From IMG/VR virus record IMGVR_UViG_3300042884_000193, positions 32,001-96,000 of that record: a stretch of 64,000 nucleotides of DNA. One strand, given 5' to 3'. The stretch's first letter is position 1. Every line of letters starts with the position of its first letter. Below are positions 58,995-64,000 of this stretch, one piece after another. The translations under genes and the position numbers were made by a program. A model generated the notes under the pieces. It ran no database searches. It saw only the letters and a program-made list of their open reading frames with translations, and had not been told where the DNA came from. The DNA is from a virus.

Positions 58995-59633
58995 ATGGCT
59001 ATTACTGCAATCCTCCGCTTGCCGAATGCGGACAACAAAACGGCAAAAAGTTCTAACATCTATCGCTATGCTGTCAAGTGTGACACGCCTGCCGAGAGAC
59101 AAATGTTAGACACAGCACTCGACAAGGTGCGTACTGTTAACGGGAACTTGTGGGTCTTCGACCCAACGAGCCTAGACCCCCAAATCCAGGACCGCACTCG
59201 TCGAGACATTGCTGCAGGCTGTATCTTGCCTAAAGGTACAATCACCATATTGTCCAATCTACAGATCCCTCACGAGAGATTCCAAGATTGGTCAAGTGCG
59301 TGCACCATTCTGCAAACTGATAGCGGGTATTCCATTTCACTGGAAGAACACCCTATCGATGCAGAGCAACGTGCTGCAATGCAAGACACCATACTTGCAA
59401 TGCGTGAGCGCGGTGCTGTTGGTGGTCTCTCACAAGATGATATCAATGCTCGCATTGGTGACCTCTTGTTTGCAGACATTGCAGTTCCCAAGTTGGTTGT
59501 CAAGAAGCGCACCTTTGTGCCGATGACAATTGACTTCAGTGCCACACCTTTCACAGACTCTGCACCAGAGACTCCTGAAAGCGAGACACCAATCTTCGGC
59601 ACTCCTGCTGAAGACACCGAGAGCGGGGAATAG
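58995..59633 (+). CDS. First early-type gene, acidic C-terminal tail (212 aa)
   Basis: A-rich leader, ORF visibly more GC-rich than the late genes, terminator follows. Confidence 0.8.
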   Translation: MAITAILRLPNADNKTAKSSNIYRYAVKCDTPAERQMLDTALDKVRTVNGNLWVFDPTSLDPQIQDRTRRDIAAGCILPKGTITILSNLQIPHERFQDWSSACTILQTDSGYSISLEEHPIDAEQRAAMQDTILAMRERGAVGGLSQDDINARIGDLLFADIAVPKLVVKKRTFVPMTIDFSATPFTDSAPETPESETPIFGTPAEDTESGE

Positions 59634-59650
59634 TCCTCGGCCTCACCTAT

Positions 59651-59690
59651 ACCACACACATTGCTTCGGCTCTGTGTGTGGTTTTTTTTT
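59651..59690 (+). terminator. Intrinsic terminator with UUCG loop
   Basis: ACCACACACA-TT-GC-TTCG-GC-TC-TGTGTGTGGT followed by a T-run. Confidence 0.85.
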
Positions 59691-59748
59691 CCTCGGCGCT
59701 GCGTATACTCTCACCGTGCACTCTCACCGCACACTCCTCACTGGATCA

Positions 59749-59774
59749 GCTCCACACAAACTCAGCTTACCAGA
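59749..59774 (+). promoter_or_regulatory. Repeated early-region element, copy B
   Basis: GCTCCACACAAACTCAGCTTACCAGA, after a terminator and 126 nt before ATG 59875. Confidence 0.55.
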
Positions 59775-59874
59775 GCTGCTGCCGCTGCGCGAACACTGAC
59801 AATAACATTAGTTACTATCACCAACAAGAGAGGGAGCACTACTACTCATATGGAAAACTTATACACTTATATAT

Positions 59875-60096
59875 ATGACAACACAAGCAACACTTACAGC
59901 AGAGGAGACAGACCTATGCTACAACGAATTCACCAGACAGATGACTGAGGAAGATCCAGACTGCAGTGACAACTGTAGGATATGTGACACTGAGGATGAG
60001 TGCAGTGAGATGCATGTCTGCTGCGGTACTTACAACTGGTCATTCACTCTACCATCAGGTAGAATAGTATGGTTAGGTTATGACTACGGTCATTAA
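59875..60096 (+). CDS. Small acidic Cys-containing protein (73 aa)
   Basis: DPDCSDNCR...CCG...GYDYGH; a hairpin follows the stop. Confidence 0.7.
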   Translation: MTTQATLTAEETDLCYNEFTRQMTEEDPDCSDNCRICDTEDECSEMHVCCGTYNWSFTLPSGRIVWLGYDYGH

Positions 60097-60098
60097 AC

Positions 60099-60129
60099 AG
60101 CAGGGGCTACGGCCCTTGCTCTAACTTTT
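60099..60129 (+). terminator. Hairpin with UACG tetraloop (terminator or processing site)
   Basis: AGCAGGGGC-TACG-GCCCTTGCT, then CTAACTTTT. Confidence 0.55.
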
Positions 60130-60156
60130 ACTATCACCTCCATGATCAAGGTAACG

Positions 60157-60415
60157 ACTATGGACTATTCTTGGAAAGCTAGTATGGTCTGCTACTATGG
60201 ACAAACACAAACTCATATGCTGAGGATCAGTTAGTTAGCTACTATGGACTATTGTATTCCTATGGAAAAGGAAGGGTGGGGGAAGAGGCACAGGCACACT
60301 ACTATGGACATGCTCGCGCTTCGCGCTCGCTCCCTCTCTTCCTCCTTGCTCCACATAAACTCATTTTATCAGACCCATTGCGCCTTCGGCGTTGACAAGG
60401 ACTATGGACTATGGG
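60157..60415 (+). repeat. ACTATGGAC repeat cluster (5 copies)
   Basis: Copies at 60157, 60194, 60241, 60301 and 60401. Confidence 0.8.
60348..60373 (+). promoter_or_regulatory. Repeated early-region element, copy C
   Basis: GCTCCACATAAACTCATTTTATCAGA, 103 nt before ATG 60451. Confidence 0.55.
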
Positions 60416-60450
60416 CATTAACATTGAACAATTAACAACCAAATATAAAT

Positions 60451-60969
60451 ATGCTAAAAGCACAATTTATCGGTGCATCTAAGACTGGGTCTTGGAAGTA
60501 CCGCGTTATCGGCACGACAGCCGAAGTTACAGCCTTTAAGGTATGGAACACTACACAGGTTAACAACAAAACCGGTGAACTGATTAAGCGCACTGCGCAG
60601 AATCATGATGTCTTATTTGTATCAATGTACAACAGAGATGAGCAGGGTAATGTAACAGGGACTGTTGTTCCTTACCCATCAGGTACTGTTATACATAGAC
60701 CATTAGTTGCGGGTGACCGTATTGGCGAAATGATCTATGAGTTTGAGCCTGATGCAAAAACAGCGTCCATTATTAATATGGCACAGGCTGTTGGTACAGA
60801 GATTACTACTATGATGCACAACATTGGGGCATTCAATGGAGTAAGCAATACTCAGGCGACTGTGGTTTCTGCAAATCCTGTGGCTGCAACACCTGCCATT
60901 AACTTCAATGCAGTACCATTATTGGAGGCTGAGGCAGATGGAGAAGAAGAAGAGGAAGATGAAGCATAA
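60451..60969 (+). CDS. Early-type protein with acidic tail (172 aa)
   Basis: Ends EAEADGEEEEEDEA; A-rich leader. Confidence 0.8.
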   Translation: MLKAQFIGASKTGSWKYRVIGTTAEVTAFKVWNTTQVNNKTGELIKRTAQNHDVLFVSMYNRDEQGNVTGTVVPYPSGTVIHRPLVAGDRIGEMIYEFEPDAKTASIINMAQAVGTEITTMMHNIGAFNGVSNTQATVVSANPVAATPAINFNAVPLLEAEADGEEEEEDEA

Positions 60970-61116
60970 TCTTGATGTAAATCATTAAGAAACGGTAGTT
61001 AAGTGGTTGGGTATCAGCGAGTTACAGTGACTTGTTGACACCCACCACTGACTACCTATCTTTATGCTAATTGCCTCAAAATCAATAACAATAGCCGTAA
61101 CATATGGCTAAATGAT

Positions 61117-61284
61117 ATGATTAAGACTTTCAACTTCATTGGTAAGTTATACTCTCATATAGTTACTATGTACTATAAGCTTAAAGAGAGATACTCTTAT
61201 GTTAGATTCATAGTAGTTAGACTCCGTGGTGGAGTTTGCTTTGGTTACTTCTCTGTTAGTAATGATATAGAGAATGCCTTATGA
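61117..61284 (+). CDS. Hypothetical protein (55 aa, not in ORF track)
   Basis: MIKTFNFIGKLYSH...DIENAL; ATGA overlap with the next ORF. Confidence 0.5.
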   Translation: MIKTFNFIGKLYSHIVTMYYKLKERYSYVRFIVVRLRGGVCFGYFSVSNDIENAL

Positions 61285-61475
61285 ATCACCTATTGCTTTA
61301 TTTCTATCTTATGACCGGGATGGTTACTAAGAACGAGGACGGATTGTATGATATACATAGTCCCAATGCTGTTGTAATAGAATCGGCCTGTGAAGGTGAG
61401 GTTTTATTATGGATAGAGACCGGTGAGTTTGCATATGATGATAATCTATGTAGAGCCGGTGAGTTAAATGATTAA
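61281..61475 (+). CDS. Hypothetical protein (64 aa)
   Basis: ORF track; coupled to the upstream ORF. Confidence 0.6.
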   Translation: MNHLLLYFYLMTGMVTKNEDGLYDIHSPNAVVIESACEGEVLLWIETGEFAYDDNLCRAGELND

Positions 61476-61631
61476 ATACTATATGCCATGTTAGATAGAT
61501 TAATTTACTAAATCGCAGTTTCCGTAGTCACCAATTTCTTTGAATAATGTTTAGGGTGATAAATACGACAGAGAAAGAACATTACATACAGCTGATGAAG
61601 TAGGCTGTTTTATTACTTAATACCTTTAAGC

Positions 61632-61922
61632 ATGACACAGATATTAGTTCCCGATAATGTCAACCCATATGATAAGAAAGAACTAATGTCCTTTATAGAG
61701 TCATTAGGCTTAAGTCTTATGGAAGACTATGAGGAAGTATTCCAATATCTTGATCCATTTACCCAAGGTAGATGGATTGATATGGGAATGAAAGTATTTT
61801 TAACTGTGAATACTTATAGACGACATCCAGGTAAAAGATTTGTAGTAGGCTATAATGTAGACTATGTAAGATCTGATAAGCCTGTTAAGTCTTATGTAGT
61901 TCACGAGTATAAAATGATTTAG
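61632..61922 (+). CDS. Hypothetical protein (96 aa)
   Basis: ORF track. Confidence 0.65.
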   Translation: MTQILVPDNVNPYDKKELMSFIESLGLSLMEDYEEVFQYLDPFTQGRWIDMGMKVFLTVNTYRRHPGKRFVVGYNVDYVRSDKPVKSYVVHEYKMI

Positions 61923-62164
61923 TGAGCCGGTGCAGTATAGGTGAAAGTTGAATAAGACCTACTCTGTAAACAAAACCTCAACCCGGGTACACGATGTAAG
62001 GGTCAACTATGCAGGTCTGTAAATTCACAGTTCAGACAACCTGCGAGATAACAGAAACTGTAACAGATTATGAGAGCCGTGACTACCATATAAAAGTAGT
62101 CAGTCCACGATGGCAAGGTATGCAAGGGTTAACACTTACTATGATAGGCTTCATAATTCTGATT

Positions 62165-62317
62165 TGTATTAATGCATCATAACTTACTTCACAAGGGTAA
62201 GCAGTTATAGTATATGCCGAGTTAGATAGATTTGATAATCTATACTATACGTAGGGTCTCTTCAGACTTGGAGTAACGTCCAGCAGGTAATACTATAACT
62301 GAATGCAGAGTGGTACA
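62165..62317 (+). ncRNA. Twister ribozyme (type P1) with extended P5
   Basis: P1 TGTAT/GTACA; UAA; P2 TGCA/TGCA; P4 CTTAC/GTAAG with loop TTCACAAGG; P5 CAGTTATAGTAT/ATACTATAACTG; conserved GA; pseudoknots CAC/GTG and TC/GG. Confidence 0.75.
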
Positions 62318-62369
62318 CACCAAGGTTAAACTTCTACCTTAAAAGAAGTAACATAAAACAAATAGTAAT

Positions 62370-62681
62370 ATGGCAGACGAGAGCATATTCGCTAAACCAT
62401 TACCAGTATACTGGACTATGGCAAACAAACAGAGTATTAAGGTAGATGATATGGGCAATGGCCATGTCAGGAATGCTTTTAAAGTACTCATTGTTCAGCA
62501 TAACAAGTTAAAGCGTGAGTATAATACGCTTGTTGATATGTACGATGACTTGATGAAGCAATCAGGAACTGTTGTCAAGTCCTATAAAGAGGTTACTCTT
62601 AATGGTGATATGGCACAAGAGTTTAATGATAAGCAAGAAGAACAAGCCAATGACCCTGAAGGTGATGGCTGTCCATTTTAA
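62370..62681 (+). CDS. Hypothetical protein (103 aa)
   Basis: WTMANKQSIKVDDMGNGHVRNA motif; A-rich leader. Confidence 0.75.
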   Translation: MADESIFAKPLPVYWTMANKQSIKVDDMGNGHVRNAFKVLIVQHNKLKREYNTLVDMYDDLMKQSGTVVKSYKEVTLNGDMAQEFNDKQEEQANDPEGDGCPF

Positions 62682-62737
62682 TGTGTGAAGGATAGACATA
62701 AGGTTTTTATAAGTTCCTTATTGTCGCTGTGTGGAAA

Positions 62738-62775
62738 ACCTGCGGGTGTTGGGCTATGCCCGCAGGTACTTTTTT
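62738..62775 (+). terminator. Intrinsic terminator
   Basis: ACCTGCGGGTGT-loop-ATGCCCGCAGGT, then ACTTTTTT. Confidence 0.85.
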
Positions 62776-62806
62776 GTAAATAAGTTAAATCAATTAATAC
62801 ACGACT

Positions 62807-62929
62807 ATGAAAGCTAGAATTAAAGATGTTATTGTATGGGCTATTGTCATATTAGGCAATGCTGCGATTTGGTATCTGTGGTATCATTTGGGTTATATGG
62901 TAGGAAATTTAAACACGGGGTGTTTATGA
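62807..62929 (+). CDS. Small single-pass membrane protein (40 aa, not in ORF track)
   Basis: MKARIKDVIVWAIVILGNAAIWYLWYHLGYMVGNLNTGCL; ATGA overlap. Confidence 0.6.
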   Translation: MKARIKDVIVWAIVILGNAAIWYLWYHLGYMVGNLNTGCL

Positions 62930-63120
62930 CCGACGCACAAAAGACTAAGATATCTCTAATAGAAGATATCAATAAGGCCAAACTCCTTATGTATGATAAG
63001 ATTCTGACTGTTGATGACTTTGATAATCTGTATGACATGACTAACTTTGAGTTAGAGCATGTGCTATATGGGTTAGACAGAAGCATTGCATTTTCAAGAG
63101 AACTAATCAAAAACATATGA
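62926..63120 (+). CDS. Hypothetical protein; start reassigned to 62926 (64 aa)
   Basis: MTDAQKTKISL...; ATGA coupling at both ends. Confidence 0.65.
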   Translation: MTDAQKTKISLIEDINKAKLLMYDKILTVDDFDNLYDMTNFELEHVLYGLDRSIAFSRELIKNI

Positions 63121-63362
63121 GTAAAATGAAAAACACCCCAGAATTTGAGAAAATGATGGCAGACCAAGAGTTGGCTGCTTCAGTGCATTATCAAGAAGAA
63201 GAAGCTGAACGCTCTGCTCTTCTTGAAGAGTTAGCCAAACTAGAGGCTATTGCACAAGTAAGAATTGCTTATGATAAAGCTGTTAGAGAATTGGACATTG
63301 CTATGAACAATTATGCAGATGCTGTTACTAACCTACATAAATTATTAGATGAAAAAGAGTAA
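63117..63362 (+). CDS. Coiled-coil hypothetical protein (81 aa)
   Basis: ORF track. Confidence 0.7.
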   Translation: MSKMKNTPEFEKMMADQELAASVHYQEEEAERSALLEELAKLEAIAQVRIAYDKAVRELDIAMNNYADAVTNLHKLLDEKE

Positions 63363-63501
63363 TGCCCTTATCTTAATGTACTTTGTGTTAATCACATTAG
63401 TAGCATTAATGACCTCTTGTACAACCACACATAGTTGTCAAGATAGTTTTAAACCAAAGATCCGCGAGAACTATAATCCTCGCGGAACTAACGGGTGGTA
63501 A
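63349..63501 (+). CDS. Small lipoprotein (50 aa, not in ORF track)
   Basis: MKK, a hydrophobic stretch, LMTS-C lipobox, then a short basic mature peptide. Confidence 0.65.
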   Translation: MKKSNALILMYFVLITLVALMTSCTTTHSCQDSFKPKIRENYNPRGTNGW

Positions 63502-63686
63502 GATAATAGCCCCGCTCGCGAGGGGATCGTAAAACACAGTAAGCCTCTTGACAATGCTCAAAGTAACTGTTCTCATCGTATAGGAGATAGAGTTAGCCTT
63601 CTCGACGTCGTTTAAAAAGGTTGACAGCTTGGAAAGACAGCCACCTTTAGGGTGTTAAAATTAAGTTCAACTAAAAACCAACTAAA

Positions 63687-64000
63687 ATGAAGTTATTAAT
63701 CAATGTGTGTTATGGCGGATACGGTATATCTGATGAAGCCTTTGAGTTATGGGCAAAGAAAAAGAATATTGAGCTCACAAAAAAGACTCTTGAGTATGGT
63801 GACTATGGTTACTATGTAGATGGTGATACTATTATATCAGAAAATGATATAGATAGAGATGACCCTACTATTATAGAAGTTTTTGAAGAACTAGGTTCAG
63901 AAAGAACTTCGGGTCGGCATGGTCAGCTAAAACTTGTTGAGTTACCTGACGGCTGTCAGTATGATATCACAGAGTTTGATGGCTGGGAGTCTATAGGTGA
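63687..64000 (+). CDS. Conserved phage hypothetical protein, truncated at right edge
   Basis: KLLINVCYGGYGIS...RDDPTIIEVFEELG...LVELPDG...EFDGWE; AAACCAAC leader. Confidence 0.75.
   Translation, partial: MKLLINVCYGGYGISDEAFELWAKKKNIELTKKTLEYGDYGYYVDGDTIISENDIDRDDPTIIEVFEELGSERTSGRHGQLKLVELPDGCQYDITEFDGWESIG

Noticed and set aside
60157-60415. Mini-CRISPR array
   Set aside because: The repeat is only 9-13 nt and the spacing is irregular (37-100 nt).
61570-61620. Hammerhead ribozyme at CTGATGA (61592)
   Set aside because: No GAAA after a stem II, and the upstream GAAA cannot form stems I and III.
62074-62125. HDV-like/theta ribozyme around GTCCACGATGG
   Set aside because: Could not build P1 and P2 in the required nested order, and no adjacent tRNA was seen.
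58000-64000. tRNA genes
   Set aside because: No cloverleaf with a T-loop consensus was found by eye; a tRNAscan run would settle it.

Overview
A 64-kb slice of a large, AT-rich dsDNA phage with crAss-like (Crassvirales-type) architecture. It uses the standard genetic code and probably infects a Bacteroidota host (TAnnTTTG -7 elements, A-rich leaders without Shine-Dalgarno sequences). Positions 1-58000 are almost entirely a minus-strand virion/late module: fibre genes, HU-like proteins, a PD-(D/E)XK nuclease, terminase, portal, scaffold-like protein, major capsid protein, small basic proteins, ferritin, ring/tail proteins, Cys-rich FN3/beta-propeller proteins, tail stabilisation (muzzle) protein, several cargo-type proteins and a >2200-aa polyvalent protein that runs off the left edge and is missing from the ORF track. 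A repeat-rich, GC-rich non-coding switch region (about 58100-58990) precedes a plus-strand early-type region of small genes. Highlights: (1) a 1418-aa protein built from duplicated cassettes ending in an ADP-ribosyltransferase-like and a kinase-like domain, delimited by KxGG/LPxAxxG linkers shared with other cargo-type proteins; (2) a hairpin whose loop is the exact reverse complement of an AAACCAACAAAC leader motif found at several late start codons; (3) a repeated GCTCCAnAnAAACTCA element ahead of the first three early genes; (4) a twister ribozyme with a branched P5 insertion in an RNA-structure-rich early region. All product calls come from motif reading and gene order by eye; no database search was run.
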